Below are positions 18,698 through 26,435 of a stretch of DNA of 64,000 nt, piece after piece. A model generated the notes under the pieces. It saw only the letters and a list, made by a program, of their open reading frames with translations, was not told the DNA's origin and searched no databases. The stretch is taken from NCBI GenBank assembly GCA_903844135.1, contig CAIMSN010000041.1, forward strand, positions 1,895-65,894, read 5' to 3'. The position numbers and the translations under genes were made by a program. Position 1 is the stretch's first letter, and each line of letters starts with the position of its first letter. Source of the stretch: an uncultured Rhodospirillales bacterium. GTDB taxonomy: Bacteria > Pseudomonadota > Alphaproteobacteria > Acetobacterales > Acetobacteraceae.

Positions 18698-19323
18698 GGT
18701 TCGGCTCCTTCCAACAAGGCGCGCAGGCTACGGCGCGCACGCGACAGCAGGCTTTCGAGCGCTTCGACACTGACTCCGAGCACCGCAGCGGTCTCGATAT
18801 TCGTGAGCTCCTGGTAGGTCTGCAGCATGATCGCCTCTCTCTGCCGGTCCGGCAGTCTCGCGAGCGCCGCCTGAACGCGACGCGTGGTCTGGTCCTGCGC
18901 CATGCGCTGATCGGCTGGTGGCGCGGGATCGACCTGATCGGGCGGTTCGGCGAACGGCACCTCGCGCTTGCGGCGCAGGCGGTCGTAGCAGAGGTTCAGC
19001 ACCACGCGATGCAGCCAGGTGTCGAACCGGGCGCGGCCGGGCTTCCACCCCGCCGCCTGACGCCAACTGCGCAGCAGGGCCTCCTGGGCCACCTCCTCGG
19101 CGTCGCCGGCATCGCCGAGCATGCGCAGCGCGAGCGCATGGACCCGCGCGAGCTTGCGCCCGACCAGCTCCCGGCTCGCCGTCTCGTCGCCTTCGCCCAT
19201 GCGTCTGAGCACGTCGGCATCCGGATCCTCGTCCGAGACCGCCTCCCTCTTCTCGATCGCCACCCTTGCGCCACGGCGATCGCACCGGCCGGCCGGCCCG
19301 GCTCCGATCGTTGAACGCGACAC
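18694..19323 (-). CDS. RNA polymerase ECF-type sigma-70 family factor
   Basis: Region 2 (DAEEVAQEALLRSWRQA...FDTWLHRVVLNLCYDRLRR) and region 4 (LPDRQREAIMLQTYQELTNIETAAVLGVSVEALESLLSRARRSL). The start is uncertain: ATG 19323 or the GTG near 19263. Confidence 0.8.
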   Translation of the reverse strand: MSRSTIGAGPAGRCDRRGARVAIEKREAVSDEDPDADVLRRMGEGDETASRELVGRKLARVHALALRMLGDAGDAEEVAQEALLRSWRQAAGWKPGRARFDTWLHRVVLNLCYDRLRRKREVPFAEPPDQVDPAPPADQRMAQDQTTRRVQAALARLPDRQREAIMLQTYQELTNIETAAVLGVSVEALESLLSRARRSLRALLEGAEP

Positions 19324-19392
19324 GGCGCGATATCCGTCGCGATCGCGAGCGGTCTTTCCGGAGGCGGGCGCGCAAACGCGGGCCGGCCGACC

Positions 19393-20034
19393 CTACCAGC
19401 GCGTCAGCAGCGGAAGCGCCAGGCGGGTCAGCAGCGAGACCGCGCCACAGCCGACGAGATACCAGACCGCGATGTAGAGCGGATCGTCGATCGGGCAGGC
19501 GAACACGAAGACGAACGCGCCCCAGCTCGCCGCGGCGAGGCCGGCGATCCAGGCGGTGCCGTTCCGGTCGGTGGGTGCGCCGCGCTGCACCAGCACGCCG
19601 AGCCCCAGTACCGGCGGGATCGACAGCAGCACCATCTTGAAAACGCATTGCACGCCGCTCCGCCAGTCGAGGCGGTTCAGCAGCGATGGCCAGCCATCCA
19701 GGACGGCTCCGATCGGCCAGCCGGCGGCGAGGCACAGCAGGACCAGCGCCAGCACCAGACGCAGTCCGCGTCGCGGCGAGCGCACCGGATCCAGCGACAG
19801 GAGGGCGACGGCGCAACTGGTCAGAGCGATCGAGCCGAGGCTGACCAGCTTCCACCAGAAGCCGGCATGGCCCATCGCCTCGGGCATGTCGGGGCGAGTA
19901 CCGCCCAACACCAGGAACAGCAGCAGTTCGACCAGGCCGATGCCGCCGATCACCAGCGCATCGCCCAGGGCGGTGCGACGGCTCACCGGCGTCAGCTCGT
20001 GCGCGAGCCGGTCGATCAATGGTTCATCCGACAT
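19393..20034 (-). CDS. nrsF: NrsF-family (DUF1109) polytopic anti-sigma-F factor
   Basis: 213 aa starting MSDEPLIDRLAHELTPV, then six hydrophobic segments. This is the classic DUF1109 layout directly downstream of and overlapping an ECF sigma gene. Confidence 0.75.
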   Translation of the reverse strand: MSDEPLIDRLAHELTPVSRRTALGDALVIGGIGLVELLLFLVLGGTRPDMPEAMGHAGFWWKLVSLGSIALTSCAVALLSLDPVRSPRRGLRLVLALVLLCLAAGWPIGAVLDGWPSLLNRLDWRSGVQCVFKMVLLSIPPVLGLGVLVQRGAPTDRNGTAWIAGLAAASWGAFVFVFACPIDDPLYIAVWYLVGCGAVSLLTRLALPLLTRW

Positions 20035-20596
20035 CGGATCTGCTCCGCACCAGCGCACCGAGGCGAGAAAGCCCGCGATGGATGTTGACCTTGACCAGCG
20101 AAGCGGTCTGTCCGCTGCGCGATGCCGCCTCCTCGATGCTGAAGCCTTGCAGCTTCACCAGCCTGATGACCAGCGCCTGCGGCGGCTTCAGCAGGTCGAG
20201 CAGCTTTTCGAGCATATAGGCGCTGGTGACCGACGCCTCGTGATCGGCGACGGCGATATCCTCGTCCAGCGTGTGGGTCGGCGCCGCCTTCATCGCCCTG
20301 AGCCGGTCGATCCACTTGTAGCGCGCGATCGCCGCCAGCCAGGGCTCGAACGGTCGCGCCGGGTCGTAGGTGTGGCGCTTCTCGTGCACCACCAGCATCA
20401 GATCCTGCACCGCGTCGTCCACCATCGACGGCGGCAGGCGACGCGCATAATAGCGACGCAGCCAGGGCTGGATCTGGCCCAGCAGCCTGCGGTACGCCGA
20501 GGCGTCGCCGCCCTGCGCCGCCGCCATCAGCGCGCCCCAGTCGGGCGAGGAATTGGCGCGGGTGTCTGGCACCAAATCCACCTGCCGCACCCACAC
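20024..20596 (-). CDS. sigF: ECF sigma factor, SigF (ECF16)-like
   Basis: DWGALMAAAQGGDASAYRRLL..., DAVQDLMLVVHEKRHTY..., WLAAIARYKWIDRLR and region 4 LVKLQGFSIEEAASRSGQTASLVKVNIHRG. Paired with the DUF1109 gene. The exact start is uncertain. Confidence 0.8.
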   Translation of the reverse strand: MWVRQVDLVPDTRANSSPDWGALMAAAQGGDASAYRRLLGQIQPWLRRYYARRLPPSMVDDAVQDLMLVVHEKRHTYDPARPFEPWLAAIARYKWIDRLRAMKAAPTHTLDEDIAVADHEASVTSAYMLEKLLDLLKPPQALVIRLVKLQGFSIEEAASRSGQTASLVKVNIHRGLSRLGALVRSRSDVG

Positions 20597-20682
20597 CTCC
20601 GTCGTCCCGAACCGGTCCAGAAGGCGATGTATCCGCTGCCGGACCGTCTGGCCAGGACGTTCCGGCCCTGTCGTCGGCCGAC

Positions 20683-20708
20683 GTAACTTTTCTCTCCGTC
20701 CACACGAA
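20683..20708 (+). promoter_or_regulatory. SigF-type ECF promoter motif GTAACT-N16-CGAA upstream of the cytochrome b gene
   Basis: Read directly: GTAACT at 20683-20688, a 16-nt spacer, CGAA at 20705-20708, 31 nt before the GTG at 20740. It matches the GTAACC-N16-CGAA motif I recall for Caulobacter sigma-F. Confidence 0.6.
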
Positions 20709-20739
20709 GGCTTTCAGACAGCAACCGGACGTCAAAGCC

Positions 20740-21363
20740 GTGAGAACAGGAAAACCGGCCCATCCCCTGGTGGTGCGCGTGACGCACTGGATCGGCGCCG
20801 TCGCGATGCTCTGCATGATCACGAGCGGGTGGCAGATCTACAACGCCTCGCCGATTCTGCCGTTCGTGTTTCCCGCCTGGGCGACGCTCGGCGGCTGGCT
20901 CGGCGGCGCGCTGAACTGGCATTTCGCGGCGATGTGGGTGCTGGCCGGCTCCGGGCTGGTCTATCTCGCCTACGGTCTGGCCAGCGGGCACTTGCGGCGT
21001 GACATCCGGCCGGCTGGTCCGCGCGCGGTCTGGCGCGACCTGATCGCTGCGCTGACCTTCCGGCTGGCGCATCGCGAGGGCCACTACAATGCGGTGCAGC
21101 GCCTGCTCTATGCCGGTGTGCTTCTGGTGGCGCTGCTGACGGTGGCCAGCGGCGTGTCGATCTGGAAGCCGGTGCAGTTCGGCTGGATCACCTGGAGTCT
21201 CGGCGGCTACGACATCGCCAGACGCATCCATTTCGCGCTGATGTCGCTGATCGTCGGCTTCCTGCTCGTGCATCTGGCCCTGGTGGCGCTCGTACCCTCG
21301 ACGTTGCGCAGCATGATCACCGGCGGCCGGATCGCGCCGCCGAGCCAGGAGCACGGATCATGA
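20740..21363 (+). CDS. cytochrome b/b561-type membrane protein (partner of the Mo-oxidoreductase)
   Basis: HPLVVRVTHWIGAVAMLCMITSGWQIY... with four TM segments carrying conserved His (HW, NWHF, RIHF). 4-nt overlap with the next gene. Confidence 0.75.
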   Translation: MRTGKPAHPLVVRVTHWIGAVAMLCMITSGWQIYNASPILPFVFPAWATLGGWLGGALNWHFAAMWVLAGSGLVYLAYGLASGHLRRDIRPAGPRAVWRDLIAALTFRLAHREGHYNAVQRLLYAGVLLVALLTVASGVSIWKPVQFGWITWSLGGYDIARRIHFALMSLIVGFLLVHLALVALVPSTLRSMITGGRIAPPSQEHGS

Positions 21364-22127
21364 GCAACCAGGCCGGTCGGCTGATCGGGGCCCCTGCCCT
21401 GTCCGCGGTGCGTCCCGAACTGGCGAAGATCGAGCGTCGCCTGCTGCTGCGCGGCGCCCTGTCGCTCGGCATGCTGTCGATGCTGACCGGCTGCAAACTC
21501 GATGACGAGCCGTCGGTCGAGGCCGCATTGTCGGCGATGTCGCGTTTCAACGACAAGGTCCAGGCGGCGCTGTTCAGCCGGACCCGCCTGGCGGCGACAT
21601 TCCCCGCCAGCGCGATCACCAAGCCGTTCCCGTTCAACGCCTATTACGGCATGGACGAGATCCGCACCGTCGATACGCAGAAATGGCGTCTGGAGGTGTC
21701 AGGCCTCGTCACCGAGCGCGCGCCGTGGTCGCTGGCGGATCTGCGGAAGCTGCCGCAGCAGAGCCAGATCACCCGTCATATCTGCGTCGAGGGATGGAGC
21801 GCGATCGGGCAATGGTCCGGCGTGCCGTTTTCGGTGTTTCTCGACAGGATCGGGGCGGACCGGCGCGCACGCTATGTCGGCTTCAAATGCTTCGACGACT
21901 ATTTCACCAGCATCGACATGGCGACCGCGCGGCATCCGCAGACCATCATGGCGCTGGATTACGGCGGATCGCCGCTGCCGCCGGCCTATGGCGCACCGAT
22001 GAAGCTGCGGATGCCGACCAAGCTCGGCTACAAGAATCCGAAATACATCGCCGCGATCACCGTCACCAACGTCAACCCGGGCGGATACTGGGAGAACCAG
22101 GGCTACGACTGGTTCGGCGGTTCGTAG
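21360..22127 (+). CDS. molybdopterin-dependent oxidoreductase (sulfite-oxidase fold, YedY/MsrP-like)
   Basis: Tat-like RRLLLRGALSLG plus LTGC, and ...ITRHICVEGWSAIGQWSGVPFSVFLD...YGAPMKLRMPTKLGYKNPKYI, which is typical of the oxidoreductase molybdopterin-binding domain. Confidence 0.8.
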   Translation: MSNQAGRLIGAPALSAVRPELAKIERRLLLRGALSLGMLSMLTGCKLDDEPSVEAALSAMSRFNDKVQAALFSRTRLAATFPASAITKPFPFNAYYGMDEIRTVDTQKWRLEVSGLVTERAPWSLADLRKLPQQSQITRHICVEGWSAIGQWSGVPFSVFLDRIGADRRARYVGFKCFDDYFTSIDMATARHPQTIMALDYGGSPLPPAYGAPMKLRMPTKLGYKNPKYIAAITVTNVNPGGYWENQGYDWFGGS

Positions 22128-22129
22128 CT

Positions 22130-22155
22130 GTAACCCTCGAGGCGCCATCGACGGA
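22130..22155 (+). promoter_or_regulatory. SigF-type ECF promoter motif GTAACC-N16-CGGA upstream of the Met-rich protein gene
   Basis: GTAACC at 22130-22135, starting 3 nt after the upstream TAG. A 16-nt spacer follows, then CGGA at 22152-22155, 62 nt before the ATG at 22218. It has one mismatch in the -10 element. Confidence 0.45.
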
Positions 22156-22217
22156 GAAGAGGAGAGACGCGAGCCGCACCGGCGCGCGTCCCTTACGTAG
22201 TCAAGGAACTCCTCGTC

Positions 22218-22502
22218 ATGTCCAGGTTCTTTTCAATCCTCGCCCTGTCCGGCTGCCTCGCCGCTCCCCTCGCCGGGCCGGCCTTCGCGCAGGACACGAT
22301 GCAGAAACCCACCACCGCCATGTCGCACGACGGGATGCAGCCGAACGCCATGTCGCATGGCGCGATGCAGCCGAACAGCATGGCCCACGGCGGCATGCGG
22401 AAGAAAGCGCCTGGCCATGACGCGATGGCTCACGACGCGATGAAGCCCGACTCCATGTCCAAGGACGCCATGTCGCAGGACAAGATGGCCGCGCCGAAAT
22501 AA
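22218..22502 (+). CDS. pentapeptide MXKDX-repeat protein (Met/His-rich, secreted)
   Basis: Signal peptide MSRFFSILALSGCLAAPLAGPAFA, then AMSHD GMQPN AMSHG AMQPN SMAHG GMRKK APGHD AMAHD AMKPD SMSKD AMSQD KMAAP. An AAGGAA RBS lies 9 nt upstream. Confidence 0.8.
   Translation: MSRFFSILALSGCLAAPLAGPAFAQDTMQKPTTAMSHDGMQPNAMSHGAMQPNSMAHGGMRKKAPGHDAMAHDAMKPDSMSKDAMSQDKMAAPK
22296..22490 (+). repeat. 15-bp periodic coding repeat (about 12 units) encoding x-M-x-x-x pentapeptides
   Basis: Seen in the translation. Met recurs every fifth residue across this span. Confidence 0.75.
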
Positions 22503-22513
22503 TCGAGCGAACC

Positions 22514-22539
22514 CGCCCGGACCGCGAACGGTCCGGGCG
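22514..22539. terminator. GC-rich hairpin between convergent genes (Met-rich protein and DUF1223)
   Basis: CGCCCGGACCG-CGAA-CGGTCCGGGCG with a perfect stem and no clear U-run. Confidence 0.45.
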
Positions 22540-22556
22540 CCGATGGGAGACGGCGT

Positions 22557-23282
22557 TCAGAGCTTCGCCGCGGCGACGATCGGGCCGCCACGGCCTGCCT
22601 GCACCAGGATCGCGCTCTTCAGGTGCGGATCGGCGGAAGGCGGCAGCACGAAGGTCGCGGTGCCGCCGGTCCAGTCGCCGAGCGTCACCACCTGACGCAC
22701 CACGTTGCGGTGCGGCAGCGTGCGGCCGCCATTTTCGCCGCGACGGATCGGCACCTCGATGATCGACGGATCGTAGCGCACCAGCTCGACCAGCCCGCCC
22801 GCCGACGGTGCTGGGCCGCTCACGCCGAGCCGGTCGCCCGCCACCGATAGCGACGGTCCGGTGGCGCCGCGATCGTTGCGCGAGATCAGCGCGTCGAGCG
22901 CCGCGCGGTCCGCGCCGACCACGTCCGAGCGGCCATTCACCACCACCTCCGGGGTGAACACGCCGCTGCGCCGGAACGCGGCGGCATAGTCGTATTGCCG
23001 CTTCGTGAAGGCGGGATCGTCGAAAGTGTCCTTCCAGCCCAGCGAGTCCCAGTAGGTGACCTGCCACGACAGGGTCAGCAGATCGGGCCGGTCGGCCAGC
23101 GCCATCACGTTGGCGTTGGCCGGCGGGCAGGACGAGCAGCCCTGGCTCTGGAACAGCTCGACCACGGTCGGATGCGCGGCATCGGCGGCCTGCGCCGGTC
23201 GCAAGGCCAGACACGTGCAGACGGCGCCGAGGATCGGCACCATCCTCGACAGGCTGTGTCTTGGCAGTCGGCTCTTGTTCAT
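22557..23282 (-). CDS. DUF1223 domain-containing secreted thioredoxin-fold protein
   Basis: 241 aa from the ATG at 23282. Signal peptide ...LALRPAQA, then VVELFQSQGCSSCPPAN...LSWQVTYWD, the DUF1223 signature with CxxC. The 393-aa ORF is a 5' extension. Confidence 0.8.
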   Translation of the reverse strand: MNKSRLPRHSLSRMVPILGAVCTCLALRPAQAADAAHPTVVELFQSQGCSSCPPANANVMALADRPDLLTLSWQVTYWDSLGWKDTFDDPAFTKRQYDYAAAFRRSGVFTPEVVVNGRSDVVGADRAALDALISRNDRGATGPSLSVAGDRLGVSGPAPSAGGLVELVRYDPSIIEVPIRRGENGGRTLPHRNVVRQVVTLGDWTGGTATFVLPPSADPHLKSAILVQAGRGGPIVAAAKL

Positions 23283-23334
23283 GGCGTCGGCCCCTCCGCA
23301 GCGGCGCGCGACTTGCCGCCGGTTCCTGGGTCCA

Positions 23335-23360
23335 TTCGGTGGCGCTGCGCCGCAGGTTAC
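23335..23360 (-). promoter_or_regulatory. SigF-type ECF promoter motif GTAACC-N16-CGAA upstream of the DUF1223 gene
   Basis: On the - strand: GTAACC (23360-23355), a 16-nt spacer, CGAA (23338-23335), 52 nt before the ATG at 23282. The -35 hexamer contains the TAA stop (23359-23357) of the upstream lldD-like gene. Confidence 0.6.
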
Positions 23361-24559
23361 CGAACCGCGTTGGATGGATCCTGCCCGCCCGGCGCGAAGC
23401 GATCGACCAGGATGTGCCTGCCGATCTCGTCGCAGCTCCTGAGGCCGAGATAGGCCATGTCGCGATCGAACTCGGCGCGGATCAGCGACAGCGCCTCGCC
23501 GAGCCCGGCCTCGCCGCCGAGGATGGCGGAGAAGAAGAACGGGCGCCCGATCAGCACCGCATCCGCGCCGAGCGCCATCGCCTTGTAGATGTCGGCCGAC
23601 CGCCGGACCCCGCTGTCCAGCAGCAGCATCATGTCCGGGCACGCCGCCCTGATCGCCGCGATCGCCTGGATCGGCGCGACCACGCTGTCGATCATCCGTG
23701 CGCCATGGTTGGAGACCACCAGCCCGTCGACGCCGCATTCCTGCGCCAGCGTCGCGTCCTCCGGCGAGAGCACCCCCTTGAGCACCAGGCGGCCGCTCCA
23801 GCCACGCCGGATCTCCCGGATCGTGTCCCAGTCGAACGCCTCCGCACCGCCCACGGTGCCGTGGCGTCGCGAGAAGATGCTCGGGCCGGGCGTGGCGGTG
23901 ATGTTGCTGATGCGCGGCACGCCGCGCGCCGCGAGGGTCCGCGCGAAACGGCCGAGCAGCCAGCGCGGGTGCGTCGCCATGTCGAGCGCCAGGCGCGGCG
24001 TGACGCGGATCGGCATGGTGTAATGCGCCCGCCTCTCCCCCTCGCGCGGGTTCGCCACCGGCACGTCGACGGTGATCACCAGCACCTTGAACCCGGCGGC
24101 GCCGATGCGGGCCAGCATCGCCTCGATCACCGACCGGTCGCTCGGGAAATAGGCCGCGAACCAGGCTTCGGGATTCTCGGCGATCACCGCCTCCATCGGG
24201 GTGATGGAATTGGCGCTGAGCAGATAGGGCACGTTGGCACGACGCGCGGCCCTGGCCATCGCCCTGTCGGCGTCGAAACCGATCACCGCCGCCGCCCCGA
24301 ACGGCGCCACGCCGATCGGAACTGCGTAGCGATGCCCGAACAGGCTGACGCCGGTGTCCCGGCCGGCGACGCCGCGCAGCACGCGCGGCATCAGGCTCCA
24401 GCGCCGGAACGCGGCATTGTTCTCCTCCAGGCTGCGGCCCTCCCCGGCGGAGCTGGTGAGATACGCGTACAGCGCCCGCGGCAGCAGCCGGCGCGCCGCC
24501 GGCGCGTAATCGTTCAGCGACAGGAACCGCGTCCGCCGCCGAAACCGCATTCTGGTCAT
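23357..24559 (-). CDS. FMN-dependent alpha-hydroxy acid dehydrogenase/oxidase (LldD / glycolate oxidase family)
   Basis: 400 aa from the ATG at 24559. Contains ...LVLKGVLSPEDA..., VSNHGARMID and DSGVRRSADIYKALALGADAVLIGRP-like motifs. Confidence 0.8.
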   Translation of the reverse strand: MTRMRFRRRTRFLSLNDYAPAARRLLPRALYAYLTSSAGEGRSLEENNAAFRRWSLMPRVLRGVAGRDTGVSLFGHRYAVPIGVAPFGAAAVIGFDADRAMARAARRANVPYLLSANSITPMEAVIAENPEAWFAAYFPSDRSVIEAMLARIGAAGFKVLVITVDVPVANPREGERRAHYTMPIRVTPRLALDMATHPRWLLGRFARTLAARGVPRISNITATPGPSIFSRRHGTVGGAEAFDWDTIREIRRGWSGRLVLKGVLSPEDATLAQECGVDGLVVSNHGARMIDSVVAPIQAIAAIRAACPDMMLLLDSGVRRSADIYKAMALGADAVLIGRPFFFSAILGGEAGLGEALSLIRAEFDRDMAYLGLRSCDEIGRHILVDRFAPGGQDPSNAVR

Positions 24560-25848
24560 CCTGCTGCCTCCCTTTGCCGGTCTGGATTCTGCTGCCGCGC
24601 CGGTCGAGCCACCGTCAGCACGCTCATCGCCAACGCGGTCCCGAGCGCGATCGCCAACAGCGCCGCGCCGAACCAGGCGACGCCCGGCCAGGCGCCGCGG
24701 CTCCAGAACCAGCCGCCGACGGTGCCCATGATGCTGGAGCCGACATAGTAGGCGAGCAGATAGAGCGCCGCCGCATGGCCGCGATCGCGCGTGGCGCGGC
24801 TTCCGACCCAGGCGCTGGCGACGCTGTGCGAGACGAAGAAGCCGATCGTGACCAAAGCGAGCCCGGCCATCACCGCCAGCAGCGACGGCAGCAGCGTCAA
24901 GGCGAGGCCGGCCAGGCCGAAACACGGGCCGGAGATCAGTACCGGGCCAGGACCGAAGCGCGCCGACAGCCGGCCGGCGACCGGAGAGGCGACGATTCCG
25001 AACAGATAGACCAGGAACACCGCGCCGGAACCGGCCTGGCCGAGCGAGAAGGGCGGCCGCGCCAGACGGAAGCCGAGATAGTTGTAAGTACAGACGAAAG
25101 CGCTCATCGCCAGGAAACCGGTCAGGAACAGCGCCCACATCCCGGGATCGCGCAGGTGCCAGATCCAGCCCGATCCGGCCTGGCGGGAGGTCGCATTGTC
25201 CGCTGGACCAGGTCGGCGGGGTCCGGCCCACCCGCGCTCGGCCCGGGACGGCGGCAGCAGCGCCAGGAAGGCGAGCCCTGCCGCCAGGCAGGCGAGCCCG
25301 GTGATCGCCAGGCCGAGCCGCCAGGCATCGTGCCGGCCGTCCTGCGCGATCACCAGCGCGGTGCCGACCCGACCGGCCATGCCGCCGAACGCGGTGCCGC
25401 CGACATACAGCCCCATCGCCGCCCCGAGATCGGCCGGCGCGACCTCCTCGGCGAGATGCGCCATCGCCACCGCCGGCACGCCGCCGAGCAGCACGCCCTC
25501 GACGGCGCGCAGCGCCAGCAGCGCGGTCCAGCCCGGCGACTCGGCGCAGGCGATGTTGCACAGAGCGGCCAGCAGCATCGACGCGCCCATCAGGCGCTTG
25601 CGCCCGAACCGGACCGCGAGCGGCGTGGTGCCGATGATGGAGAACGCCAGCAGGCCGGTGCTGAGCGAAAGCGACAGAGAGGCGGCGGCCGGACTGACAT
25701 GGAACGCGTCGCCGAACATGGTCAGCAGCGGCTGCACGCAATAGAGCAGCGCGAAAGTGGCGAAGCCGGCCAGGAACAGGGCGGCGCGCAGCCGTCCGTA
25801 GAGCGGGGAGCCGCGTCCGATCGGACCCGTGGGAAGCGGTCCGCTCAC
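24556..25848 (-). CDS. MFS transporter
   Basis: 12 hydrophobic segments with an RFGRKR loop motif between TM2 and TM3. Start assigned to the GTG at 25848 (no upstream in-frame ATG is in plausible sequence). ATGA overlap with the dehydrogenase gene. Confidence 0.7.
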   Translation of the reverse strand: MSGPLPTGPIGRGSPLYGRLRAALFLAGFATFALLYCVQPLLTMFGDAFHVSPAAASLSLSLSTGLLAFSIIGTTPLAVRFGRKRLMGASMLLAALCNIACAESPGWTALLALRAVEGVLLGGVPAVAMAHLAEEVAPADLGAAMGLYVGGTAFGGMAGRVGTALVIAQDGRHDAWRLGLAITGLACLAAGLAFLALLPPSRAERGWAGPRRPGPADNATSRQAGSGWIWHLRDPGMWALFLTGFLAMSAFVCTYNYLGFRLARPPFSLGQAGSGAVFLVYLFGIVASPVAGRLSARFGPGPVLISGPCFGLAGLALTLLPSLLAVMAGLALVTIGFFVSHSVASAWVGSRATRDRGHAAALYLLAYYVGSSIMGTVGGWFWSRGAWPGVAWFGAALLAIALGTALAMSVLTVARPARQQNPDRQREAAG

Positions 25849-25928
25849 CGCGAGGCGATCGTTCTCTGCATGCGACCCGATTATGGCCGGGGTTCCGGCC
25901 TGGGCCAATGCTGCTAGCCTGGTGGCGG

Positions 25929-26435
25929 ATGACCAGACCGACGCTCCTGACCATCGGCTACGAGGCCGCGCAGTTCGACCAGGTGCGCGACGCGCTGCGC
26001 GAGGCCGGGACCAGGCTGCTGATCGACGTGCGCGCGATCGCCGCCTCGCGCAGGCCGGGTTTCTCCAAGCGGCTGCTGGCGGGCGGGCTGGAGGAGGCCG
26101 GGATCGGCTACCTGCATCTGCGACCGCTGGGCACGCCCAAGGAGGGGCGCGACGCGGTGCGGCGCGGCGATGTCGGCACCATGCAGCGCATCTTCCGCGC
26201 CCACATGCAGGGCGACCACTCCCGCGCGGCCCTCGCCGAAGCCCGGGCGATCGCAATCGAGACGCGCGCCTGCCTGCTCTGTTTCGAACGCGACCACGCG
26301 CACTGCCACCGCACCCTGGTCGCCGAGATGATCGCCGGCGAGACCGGCCAGCCGATCCATCACCTGCTTCCGGCGATCGCGCTGCCGCCGCCGGCCCGCA
26401 GCACCGCCCGACGTCGCCCGAGGACAACGCCATGA
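25929..26435 (+). CDS. DUF488 domain-containing protein
   Basis: MTRPTLLTIGYE...LLIDVRAIAASRRPGFSK...CLLCFERDHAHCHR is the DUF488 pattern. Confidence 0.75.
   Translation: MTRPTLLTIGYEAAQFDQVRDALREAGTRLLIDVRAIAASRRPGFSKRLLAGGLEEAGIGYLHLRPLGTPKEGRDAVRRGDVGTMQRIFRAHMQGDHSRAALAEARAIAIETRACLLCFERDHAHCHRTLVAEMIAGETGQPIHHLLPAIALPPPARSTARRRPRTTP

Noticed and set aside
20597-20739. A divergent, autoregulatory sigma-F promoter for sigF itself
   Set aside because: On the - strand I find only GTTACG-N17-CGGA-like sequence overlapping the + strand -35 element. It is too degenerate to call. As far as I recall, Caulobacter sigF is not autoregulated.
23357-25954. 865-aa ORF suggesting one giant protein. 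Similar over-long ORFs occur at 24556-26433, 25829-28546, 12877-15318, 55390-57912, 61268-63565 and 22557-23738.
   Set aside because: The N-terminal portions run through the upstream gene in another frame and translate to Arg/Pro/Gly-rich nonsense. Internal ATG/GTG starts with ATGA overlaps or RBSs give proteins of normal family length, so I trimmed the starts.
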